39,375 bases of DNA, from the UHGV virus genome UHGV-0335613, one strand, 5' to 3'. A program made the position numbers and the translations under genes. This document shows, piece by piece, positions 11,801 to 18,620 of the stretch. The stretch's first letter is position 1. Each line of letters starts with the position of its first letter. Under the pieces are notes generated by a model, which was not told the origin of the DNA, did no database searches, and saw nothing but the letters and a program-made list of their open reading frames with translations. The DNA comes from a virus.

Positions 11801-12463
11801 CTCACCTGAATTCTTCTTCATCTCGTTCAGGTCGTTGTTCACTTCATCAATACTCGCCCCGTCATCTACCTTATTCAATGTAGCTTTCATCTTTGACAGG
11901 TCAGTTTCTGCCCCAAACGCTTCTTTTCCTATCTTGTTAAGCGCTACTGTCAGATCGTCACTGTTCGCCGTTCCATTTTTTATGGCATTCGTCAGCCTCG
12001 TTCCGAGGATGTCCTGAAAATCATCTAGGGACTTTCCGGTTGCTTCAAACAGCGTCTGCAACTGCTTCGTGCTTTCTTTTAGGGATTTCTGCTCAGTCTC
12101 CATTCGACTAATCTGCGTGGTGTAAGATTTTAAATCCTGTTCCGTCTTCGCAATTTCCCTCTGAAATTCTCGGTATTCTTCTGCTCCAATGTCACCAGAT
12201 TTGAACTTCTTTTCTACTTCTCCCTGTGCCTGCTTTAAGGCTTCCAGCTTTTCCTTGGTATTTTCGACCTGTTTACTTAATAACTCCTGTTTCTGTGCAA
12301 GCAACTGCGTATTCTTCGGGTCAAATTTTAATAATTTATTTACAGAGCTTAATTCGCTACCAAGACTTTTTGATGTATCTTCCGCGGATTTCAAAGCTTT
12401 GCTGAGTGCCGTTGTATCCGCACCGAATTTAATTGTGATTCCTTTTATTTTGCTATTCGCCAC
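8804..12463 (-). CDS. Tail tape measure protein with C-terminal lytic transglycosylase (SLT) domain
   Basis: 1219 aa, coiled-coil N-terminus, long hydrophobic Gly/Ala-rich middle. SLT motif …QMQTESGGNPNAIN…GLMQVIDPTF…. GTG start with RBS agaggtgagaaaGTG. Confidence 0.9.
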   Translation of the reverse strand: MANSKIKGITIKFGADTTALSKALKSAEDTSKSLGSELSSVNKLLKFDPKNTQLLAQKQELLSKQVENTKEKLEALKQAQGEVEKKFKSGDIGAEEYREFQREIAKTEQDLKSYTTQISRMETEQKSLKESTKQLQTLFEATGKSLDDFQDILGTRLTNAIKNGTANSDDLTVALNKIGKEAFGAETDLSKMKATLNKVDDGASIDEVNNDLNEMKKNSGEAGEALDGIGKGIVAGNMMQAAEIIADAGQKIKEFSDNAKEAFNEVDAGSDAIITATGATGKLAEGMDNVYKSIASSLPIDNLENIGKVIGEMNTQFGFTDEKLQHASEKMLKFSEITGSDVVASTQNAKQAISVFHMSSDDLDSVLDDVAKTAQDTGVSVDDLFQKAIEGAPQLQELGLSFSDSVKLLGAFEQAGVDGSAALSSLSKAAVNYAKDGKSLTDGLAETQDKILNATDQTEALNAAAEVFGTKGAVRMVDAIQRGVLNLNDLGGAASDSQGTVETTFSNTLDPIDEETVALNNVKLAMAEFGSAISEAVAPILEALVPIIQKVAKWFSSLSGTSKTIIVVIGGIAMVISALLPILAVVAGGIAAAGGAMAFLTGVLLPVAGIIAGIIAVVAAVVAVIKNWGDITDWLSEKWNAFKDWMSGLWDSISEKIQGVWNGIKDFFADIWEQIYNVIEGPLKFIEGTIGAVMYAIQAVIYTVWEVIKFALKSAWNWIKDTASAIFTPVANFFSGIWNGIKDTATGIWNSIKGTLGGIWDSIKEKAMDAFSSVWKFIKDGFNNLKDTLGGIVKGIANAIVKPIGGAVNGVINGVNWVLDKVGSDKQFALWEVPKFARGTGGIPKDTLGIVNDQKGSTYKEMIVPPHGKPFIPEGRDVVLPLEKGTKIMPANQTKSFLEELPHFASGIGEFFGGVWDTVKDFTGSVWDYITHPSKIVQIAIDKFTDLSGAFEPWISVAKGAVNTVFDSVVGFVKGIFDTQSNVNYNPSAGVEQWRTLAIRALQMTGQYSEANLQRLLYQMQTESGGNPNAINNWDINAVNGTPSKGLMQVIDPTFRAYAMAGYDKNIYDPLSNMLASIRYAVSTYGSLAAAYRGVGYEDGIGDINFSDLLPSLPMLDVKWFKDGGILTKPALFQMPSGGIGGAAEREAEAITPLRSLKGYIKESILEIMGEKDINLNINLTTTLDGRVVAQQTVGYARPMIKKMDDFEKLLGGERVGLA

Positions 12464-12476
12464 TTTCTCACCTCTT

Positions 12477-12693
12477 TAAAAATTATCAAAATCTTCCTGT
12501 GTTGCTTTTCTCGCAGTAGGATTTTCATCTTTTTTCTGGTTGTCTATATACTCTTGTACATAGTCCAGACAGTCACCGATTGTCATTTCTTCCATGTCTT
12601 CGCTGGTCAGTCCAACCTGTCTGCACACATAAAAAAAGGACTCATTTGTAAACGGTTCTCCGCTGGATGAATCCTGATCATTTATTTTTTTTT
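12477..12693 (-). other. -1 programmed frameshift extension of tail assembly chaperone (GT product), slippery A_AAA_AAA
   Basis: The -1 frame from the A run reads KKINDQDSSSGEPFTNESFFYVCRQVGLTSEDMEEMTIGDCLDYVQEYIDNQKKDENPTARKATQEDFDNF*. It has no own start codon and ends at the TMP RBS. Confidence 0.7.
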
Positions 12694-13056
12694 ACTTGTT
12701 GGCATGGTATCTGTAAGCAGATCCTTTACTTCTCCCATGATTTCATTGAGCGGGAATACTTCGAATCCATCCAGCCACTCCAATGGATCAGGAATCGTCC
12801 TGTCTGCTGTTTTAGCCATTGTCCAGATGATGTCATAAAATACTTCCATGTCCATGTGGTCAAGAGAAGCAAAAGAAATATCCTGTATTCCAAAATTCCT
12901 TTTCGTTCCTTTTCCAAACACTTTCGCTACTTTCATCAGGTCTGCAAAATAATCTCTTCCAAACTGCGCTTTATATCGTTTCGGCAATGCTGCCGTTGAT
13001 TTTAATTTCACTTGTTTTTCGTCAATGTAAATTGTTTTTTCCATAACATCCTCCAC
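12682..13056 (-). CDS. Tail assembly chaperone (G product)
   Basis: Position between major tail and TMP. It ends …TSKKK* in a 9-A run. Confidence 0.75.
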   Translation of the reverse strand: MEDVMEKTIYIDEKQVKLKSTAALPKRYKAQFGRDYFADLMKVAKVFGKGTKRNFGIQDISFASLDHMDMEVFYDIIWTMAKTADRTIPDPLEWLDGFEVFPLNEIMGEVKDLLTDTMPTSKKK

Positions 13057-13086
13057 TTTTTCTATTTGGGCAGATCGCTCCGCCCT

Positions 13087-13167
13087 TTATTTCGCTTTAC
13101 CTACTTTTGCCTTTCCAATCTTCCCCCTGCCTACCAAGGCGAGGTCTTCAGGGGGTGCTATTCCCCC
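13087..13167 (-). other. -1 frame 25-aa C-terminal extension of major tail protein (GIAPPEDLALVGRGKIGKAKVGKAK) with slippery GGGGG and downstream hairpin
   Basis: See findings. The sequence is near-identical to the cassette after the capsid gene, with synonymous and compensatory differences. Confidence 0.6.
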
Positions 13168-13748
13168 GATTTTTCATATACTGTTGTATACCAAGAGTTA
13201 TATGTTGCTTCATCAACTCCTGCTGCTGTGGATGCTTTAACTAAGTTGTCTGTCGGTCTCGGACTTGCCACAAGCGAAAGTTCTGTTGTGTTCGGTTCTC
13301 CACTGTCTTTTGTTGTACTTCCGACAGATGGTCTGTTTACAGAGCAGTAATAAAAGAGGTGTCTAGTTGCCTTGGCATCTCCCTGAAATTCAAACATCAG
13401 TGCGATATTCGCTACCTGTGCGTCAGAGTTTTCGAGAATCACTCCTTTTTCTGTTTTCTCCTCTTTTAACACTTCTGTGCGGAAATCTTCTGGAACTCTC
13501 GCAAGCGTCAGAGTACCTTCGTATCCCTGATTGTTTGCGTTTGTGTAATAATCAATGTCATCAGCTTTAAATCGGATCAGATCACCACTCTTGTCGAATG
13601 TGATGCTTACCGCACCCGGCAATTTCTTCGGTGCACCGTACGTGATTTTTCCACTCTCATCCACTGTAACAACAGCGTAATAACAGTTTCTTAAGCCAAA
13701 TTCCACTTTGTTTTCTTTTGCCTGTACAGCTTTTGTTGCTCCTGCCAT
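13158..13748 (-). CDS. Major tail protein
   Basis: 196 aa with N-terminal MAGATKAVQAKENKVEFGLRNCYYAVVT typical of siphovirus major tail (TP901-1/phi13 type). It lies upstream of the chaperone/TMP. Confidence 0.85.
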   Translation of the reverse strand: MAGATKAVQAKENKVEFGLRNCYYAVVTVDESGKITYGAPKKLPGAVSITFDKSGDLIRFKADDIDYYTNANNQGYEGTLTLARVPEDFRTEVLKEEKTEKGVILENSDAQVANIALMFEFQGDAKATRHLFYYCSVNRPSVGSTTKDSGEPNTTELSLVASPRPTDNLVKASTAAGVDEATYNSWYTTVYEKSGE

Positions 13749-13758
13749 ATGTTACCTC

Positions 13759-14082
13759 CTATATATCAATTTCGTATGCTTTTAGATACATACCTTCAGA
13801 ATCTAAAAAACTCTCGTACGATTCGTACGGGAGTTGATTATCGTTTAATAGTTGCTTTACCCTTTTTTCCAACTCGATATCTTTGTACTCAGTGTACACC
13901 TCAATCGTGACGGCATACCCTTCGTGATATACAATATCGTCTGCATAAAACGCCACATCCTCGTCCGCATAATACACGATGTACGGGAGAGCCGGAACTT
14001 GACCGGGAGCGAAACAGCGGTATGCGATTGGTAGATTCAATTCTTTTAAGATACCTTTTAAATCTGGCAATGTCATTTTCAC
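13759..14082 (-). CDS. Tail terminator / tail completion protein (putative)
   Basis: Position between the HK97 gp10-like gene and the major tail. ATGA overlap with the upstream gene. Confidence 0.45.
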   Translation of the reverse strand: MKMTLPDLKGILKELNLPIAYRCFAPGQVPALPYIVYYADEDVAFYADDIVYHEGYAVTIEVYTEYKDIELEKRVKQLLNDNQLPYESYESFLDSEGMYLKAYEIDI

Positions 14083-14459
14083 AGTCTCCTTTCCAGCTCT
14101 TCAACATATTCCTTTATGGACTCCTGTTCCACTTCTTCAATGTGTGGGTATGCCTGTACTTCACCTATTTTTCTGCCGCCACGCTTCAACTGGTGTCCTT
14201 TTTCCAACAGATGGGTCAGGCGGTATGTTGGGGATCTGTTGTGCACCGTAATTCCACTCCTGTCTGTTGCCCTTGTCCATCCTTTCGCATACCGCCCACC
14301 GTTTTTGCTTTTTGGGCTGTTTGCTTTCAGCTTCTTCACACATTTTTCAGATACATTCATCGCAACTTCCTGTGTTGTTTCCTTAACTTCTTCTGTGTAT
14401 TCTTCCATCTGCCGCATGATTTCTCTTGCCAGCCTGTCAGCACTTATACTCTCGCTCAT
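14079..14459 (-). CDS. HK97 gp10-family head-tail joining protein (putative)
   Basis: Size and position in the connector module. Basic C-terminal half. Confidence 0.5.
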   Translation of the reverse strand: MSESISADRLAREIMRQMEEYTEEVKETTQEVAMNVSEKCVKKLKANSPKSKNGGRYAKGWTRATDRSGITVHNRSPTYRLTHLLEKGHQLKRGGRKIGEVQAYPHIEEVEQESIKEYVEELERRL

Positions 14460-14764
14460 TTTTCAATCCTCTCCGTACAGGTCAGTTCCAACTCTTCCGT
14501 GCTGATTGGATATGTCTTAATCACTTTCAACTTCTTTCCGCGAAATCGGATATACCTCTGCCCTTCATATTCGTAAGGGTGCACGATCAAATTTTCTGAA
14601 ATTTCCATATTGTTCTGTCCTGCAAGGTAGAATTCATTTCGGGGAACTTTTTCTTTACAACACCAGATCTCTTGTTCCGCTTCAATTGGTATTTGCTGAC
14701 AAATCTCATCCTCTCCGTATCCATTGGCAGATATCAATACTACTTTTTCATCCCAAGTCCTCAT
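14456..14764 (-). CDS. Head closure / head-tail adaptor protein (putative)
   Basis: Position and size (102 aa). Overlapping start and stop with its neighbours. Confidence 0.5.
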   Translation of the reverse strand: MRTWDEKVVLISANGYGEDEICQQIPIEAEQEIWCCKEKVPRNEFYLAGQNNMEISENLIVHPYEYEGQRYIRFRGKKLKVIKTYPISTEELELTCTERIEK

Positions 14765-15033
14765 TTTTGCACCGCCTTAATCATCAGATTATTTATCCTA
14801 AACCGGATACTTCTCGGAATCACGCCGTCTTCTGGATGGCTGTACTTCCACGTAGCCCAATCCAGTACGAGCAGGATGTGGTCATATCTCTCTTCCGTGA
14901 TGCGAACGCCGTATACATTTTTGCATTCGTCAAGAATACCATCTATGATCGCATAAAGGACGGAATCCCTACTATCTGTAGAGATTCCAAGTCTTTCTTT
15001 CAATAATTGCAATACAATCACTCTCATAAGCAT
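14761..15033 (-). CDS. Head-tail connector (gp6-like DNA-packaging/connector protein)
   Basis: 90 aa. Position after capsid and decoration genes. Confidence 0.55.
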   Translation of the reverse strand: MLMRVIVLQLLKERLGISTDSRDSVLYAIIDGILDECKNVYGVRITEERYDHILLVLDWATWKYSHPEDGVIPRSIRFRINNLMIKAVQK

Positions 15034-15038
15034 ACTCC

Positions 15039-15392
15039 TTATGAATTCGCCATGATCCCCTGTTTTTTCATCTCCGCAAGAATCGCATTGATTTTATTTT
15101 TTAGGTCAGTTGCTGTTTCTGTTGACAAATCTGCAATCAAAGCCATCTGTTTCACGCCGCCAAGCGTTGTTTTATTCGCCGCTGGAAGAGTGTAGCTTGG
15201 TCCAGCAGGTCCCTGCGCACCCGGATTGCCTTTTTCGCCTTTTGCCCCTGCTGGTCCTGCTGGTCCTGCTGGTCCTGCAGGTCCAACCTGCTCGTTCTTC
15301 ACGCCCTGCTCTAACTTATTCAGTTTCTCCGCTGTAATAACGTCATCATTATTCCATGTAGTTGGTTCGTATGCCATTTTGAATACCTCCAT
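15039..15392 (-). CDS. Small collagen-like protein (117 aa), putative trimeric head decoration/fibre protein
   Basis: (GPA)4-G-X-Y tract VGPAGPAGPAGPAGAKGEKGNPGAQGPAGP. RBS aatggaggtattcaaaATG. It lies immediately after the major capsid gene. Confidence 0.6.
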   Translation of the reverse strand: MEVFKMAYEPTTWNNDDVITAEKLNKLEQGVKNEQVGPAGPAGPAGPAGAKGEKGNPGAQGPAGPSYTLPAANKTTLGGVKQMALIADLSTETATDLKNKINAILAEMKKQGIMANS

Positions 15393-15396
15393 TATA

Positions 15397-15477
15397 CTAT
15401 TTTGCTTTACCTACTTTTGCCTTGCCTACTTTCCCTCTGCCAACTAAGGCTACATCGTCAGAGGGAATTATTCCCCC
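15397..15477 (-). other. -1 frame 25-aa C-terminal extension of major capsid protein (GIIPSDDVALVGRGKVGKAKVGKAK) with slippery GGGGG and downstream hairpin
   Basis: See findings. This is the paralogous cassette to 13087-13167. Confidence 0.6.
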
Positions 15478-16646
15478 GGTGTGTATGTAATGTAGAATCC
15501 AGCGTCTGTATCCGTTTTCTTCACATCGTATCTTACAACTCCGGCAAGCAGTTTGCCGTAAATCTGGTTATCTACCCATTCAACGCTTGTCTGTTTGCGG
15601 TCGAAGAATGTGCAGAATGATTTCGGATCACCGACAAAACCTTTTAATTCGCCAGCTCCTGCGATCATTTCGTCATCCAAAACGATTACCTCTTTACCAA
15701 ACAGCATCTTTCCGCTTGAGGAAGTGATAGAATCCTGCAACAGATATCTTCCATTTTTATCTTTCAGCTTGTCCAGTTCTGCGTAAAGAGAAGAGGAAAT
15801 GATGAATTTTACAGGATATACTTTTTTGATTTCTTTGTTTACCAAATCTTTCAACCCATCCAGCCCTGTAACACTTTTCGCTGTTGCACTCTTTAATACA
15901 GTTGCGATATCTGTATTTCTTGTATTTCTGGACTGGTCATTGATTTCATCCCGGATCAGACCTGTTACATCATAGTCAGCGTCATCAATAGCCTCCTGAG
16001 AAATCGGAATATATCCTCTTCTTGTTGCGATGCTATAGTCGATATTTGAGATTTTTGGTTTGGAAAGCTCTGGGTTCTGTTCCAGTTCTGCAACAGTAGA
16101 CATTTTACTTCCAGATTTCGCAATTACTGGATATTTTCCAGATGAACTGTTTACGCTTACATTCTTCACGTAATTTCCCAGATCCACTACATCTTCCGGC
16201 TTTTTCTGAACAGCCAGCATTTCTACCGGGATCAGGATTCCTGCATCTACTTCTTTAAAGCCCCCTTCTCTCACCTGCCCTTTTGATTTTACAAATGAGT
16301 TAATCGCACTTCTCATTTCTTCAATTTCTTCTTCATTTCTTCTACCCATGTCTTTTTTCTTCTCCCTTCTTTCCGGTGTTTTTTCATACTCCTTCATCTG
16401 CTCGCGAAGTTCAGATAATTTCGTCTCTAATTCACTTTTTCTTTCGTTGTGAGCATCTCTCTCCTGCTCGAACTTCTCGATCTCTCCATCGACAACACCT
16501 CTTTCCGCTTCGGTGTTCGCTTCACTGATCGATGTTTCCAGTTCCTTTTCTCTTGTTTCAAAATCTGCGTCTTTTCCACGCATTTCTTCCAGTTCCTTTT
16601 CTTTGTCTGCGATCTGTTTCGCAAGCATCAACTGTCTTAAAGCCAT
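15468..16646 (-). CDS. Major capsid protein (HK97 fold) with N-terminal coiled-coil delta/scaffold domain
   Basis: 392 aa, N-terminal Glu/Lys-rich coiled coil. Position after the prohead protease. C-terminus …FYITYTPGE. Confidence 0.9.
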   Translation of the reverse strand: MALRQLMLAKQIADKEKELEEMRGKDADFETREKELETSISEANTEAERGVVDGEIEKFEQERDAHNERKSELETKLSELREQMKEYEKTPERREKKKDMGRRNEEEIEEMRSAINSFVKSKGQVREGGFKEVDAGILIPVEMLAVQKKPEDVVDLGNYVKNVSVNSSSGKYPVIAKSGSKMSTVAELEQNPELSKPKISNIDYSIATRRGYIPISQEAIDDADYDVTGLIRDEINDQSRNTRNTDIATVLKSATAKSVTGLDGLKDLVNKEIKKVYPVKFIISSSLYAELDKLKDKNGRYLLQDSITSSSGKMLFGKEVIVLDDEMIAGAGELKGFVGDPKSFCTFFDRKQTSVEWVDNQIYGKLLAGVVRYDVKKTDTDAGFYITYTPGE

Positions 16647-17230
16647 TACTTTTCTCCTTTCAGTCTTTTAATAGCGTTGTTTCTCCACTGCTCCACTTGT
16701 TTCTCTCTGTACTGCTCCACCTGTGCGTGTCTTGCCTGTACTCCGGTGTCTTCGTAGGCTGGGAATGTACATACAGATACCTCATGTAGATCAACTTCTT
16801 GGATTATCCATTTCACAGTCCCGTCATCTCTCCAGTCGGTTTCCTCTCGCAAGATGTTGAACCCGAATGAACATTGATCCACATCTCCACGCTTCACCCT
16901 TTCGTATAGGTTCATAGCGTCTGTGTCGTTTTCATTAATATTGATTTCGCCCCATAGACCTCTTGCGTCTGTTTTTAAGCGCAGGGTTCCTATTTTCGTC
17001 CGACCGAGCACAAGCGTGTCATCGTGGTTAGTCAGAGCTCGGATGTCGTTACTCATGGTGTTCGCAAATGCTTCTGGTGCAATCTCTTCATAAGCTCCCG
17101 GCCACAACTCTGTTTCGGAATTAAAAACAGCGAAGTATCCGGAAATTGTTTTCTTTCCGTCCTCCGCTTCTCGTGTTTCAAACTCCGCTTTCCACGATCT
17201 GGTTAAGTTTTCTTTTTTTCGTTCTTCCAC
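16646..17230 (-). CDS. Prohead protease (HK97 family, S78)
   Basis: 194 aa. Position between portal and capsid. Overlapping stop and start with both neighbours. Confidence 0.85.
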   Translation of the reverse strand: MEERKKENLTRSWKAEFETREAEDGKKTISGYFAVFNSETELWPGAYEEIAPEAFANTMSNDIRALTNHDDTLVLGRTKIGTLRLKTDARGLWGEININENDTDAMNLYERVKRGDVDQCSFGFNILREETDWRDDGTVKWIIQEVDLHEVSVCTFPAYEDTGVQARHAQVEQYREKQVEQWRNNAIKRLKGEK

Positions 17231-18411
17231 TATTCATCACCTCCTCTTAGCTTTTTCTGTTCCCCGATCATCCCCTGTGGAATGAAGTTTTCAAGGATGA
17301 TTAGATCATTCAATCCATCTTTCGGAGAGTCACCAATCAAGTTCAATACATCATTTCCTGTATAAATTCCTCGGATATATAGGTTCATGCCGATTTCTGC
17401 AAGCTCTTTGGTGTCATAAGCCATCAAACTCTTTGAGTTGCATTTAAAGTACCAATGCGGGCTCTGAATCAAACCTTTCGTAAGTGTCTGTTGGAATACG
17501 TCCGCAATCGACTTCACTCGCGTACGGACAAAGTTGTTGTATTCATCCTTGTTAAAACTTCCGACTCCAAGAAAAAAAGGCGGCACATCCAGCAGGGATG
17601 CTACCGTCCTCTTATCAATCTCGACCGATTCATTTATTGCGATATCCTTAAGGGATAGTGGCTTTACCTCGGATACCTCCAGAAATTCCGCAGGTATGAT
17701 CCACGGCTCACCCGGTTTCGATTCTTTCAAATATTTTTCTTTAATTTGCTTTCTTCCGGCTTCGCTTGCAAAATCTTCCGACATTGCATCCACCTTCACA
17801 ATGACGTTTGGCATGTACTGTCCGCTCATAAAAGATTTCTTTGTTGCATTTGCCTGTTTCAAATTCGATGCAATATCCTTCAAAGCAAGCCTGTAGCCCG
17901 TACCCTTCCACGGATACTCCGGATTCGGGTTGATCGCAAAGTGCAGCACTTCGCTCGGATCATATTCCTCACTTCCGTAGATCACCTTGTATCCTGTCTG
18001 CGTTTCTTCAAAACTCGTCATGGACGGATTCAGCGGAATCAACTCATCAATGTATCCATCCCTCATCACCGGAAGGACGACTGCGTTCCCGTCACCCGGC
18101 AAGAGCATTGAGTAAACAATGTTGTAAACCCACGCTTTTCTCGTCATCAGCGAATACGGATTAATGTCAATCTTCCGTGATAGCTCATTCTTAATCCGGA
18201 TGTCTCCATGCGGGCCATTCTCCATCAGGTGAATTGTCATACCGGAAACCAGATCCGCAATTTTCTGACACGCCGCCCGAATTTCCGGGTTCTGCGCCAG
18301 CGTTGTGTACCCGGAAGGCAATAAAAAATCAGAGAACGTAGCTCCCTGATACACAAATACTTTATTCTGTGGTTCTGATCTAATACTCTTCTGCTTCTTT
18401 TTCTTTTCCAT
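17230..18411 (-). CDS. Portal protein (HK97 family)
   Basis: 393 aa. Position after the terminase. Conserved portal-like central region. Confidence 0.9.
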   Translation of the reverse strand: MEKKKKQKSIRSEPQNKVFVYQGATFSDFLLPSGYTTLAQNPEIRAACQKIADLVSGMTIHLMENGPHGDIRIKNELSRKIDINPYSLMTRKAWVYNIVYSMLLPGDGNAVVLPVMRDGYIDELIPLNPSMTSFEETQTGYKVIYGSEEYDPSEVLHFAINPNPEYPWKGTGYRLALKDIASNLKQANATKKSFMSGQYMPNVIVKVDAMSEDFASEAGRKQIKEKYLKESKPGEPWIIPAEFLEVSEVKPLSLKDIAINESVEIDKRTVASLLDVPPFFLGVGSFNKDEYNNFVRTRVKSIADVFQQTLTKGLIQSPHWYFKCNSKSLMAYDTKELAEIGMNLYIRGIYTGNDVLNLIGDSPKDGLNDLIILENFIPQGMIGEQKKLRGGDE

Positions 18412-18420
18412 TTTAGCCTC

Positions 18421-18612
18421 CTATCCTTCGTCTTCTGCAAAAATCAGTCTCCCGTTTTCAGCTCTTCCAAGGCAAGTACATTTTCTGTCAATAAAATCAT
18501 CCTTATTTTTAGCGTGAGATATATCAGTCGTATGTTTGCAATTTCCACTACATTTCTCGCATCTTTTCCCATCACATAAATAAAGGATTTCGCATTCTGT
18601 TTTCACGCCCAT
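18421..18612 (-). CDS. Small Cys-rich (8 Cys) putative zinc-binding protein between terminase and portal
   Basis: MGVKTECEILYLCDGKRCEKCSGNCKHT…RKCTCLG. RBS gtaggagaaagaATG. Its start overlaps the last codons of TerL. Confidence 0.4.
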   Translation of the reverse strand: MGVKTECEILYLCDGKRCEKCSGNCKHTTDISHAKNKDDFIDRKCTCLGRAENGRLIFAEDEG

Positions 18613-18620
18613 TCTTTCTC

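Noticed and set aside
12682-12700. The printed sequence seems to contain 10 T in the homopolymer, which would fuse the chaperone and its extension in frame.
   Set aside because: The ORF track (computed from the real sequence) is only consistent with 9 T, based on the + ORF 12667.. translation FFFTCW and the minus ORF ending KKK*. I treat it as a -1 PRF site but flag the homopolymer length for checking.
13087-15480. Considered whether the duplicated about 80-nt element after the capsid and tail genes is a small self-cleaving ribozyme (hammerhead-like CUGANGA…GAAA).
   Set aside because: The GAAA is not conserved between copies (GAAG in one), and no three-stem junction closes. The substitution pattern is synonymous or conservative in the -1 reading frame, which is better explained by a coding frameshift extension plus a stimulatory hairpin.
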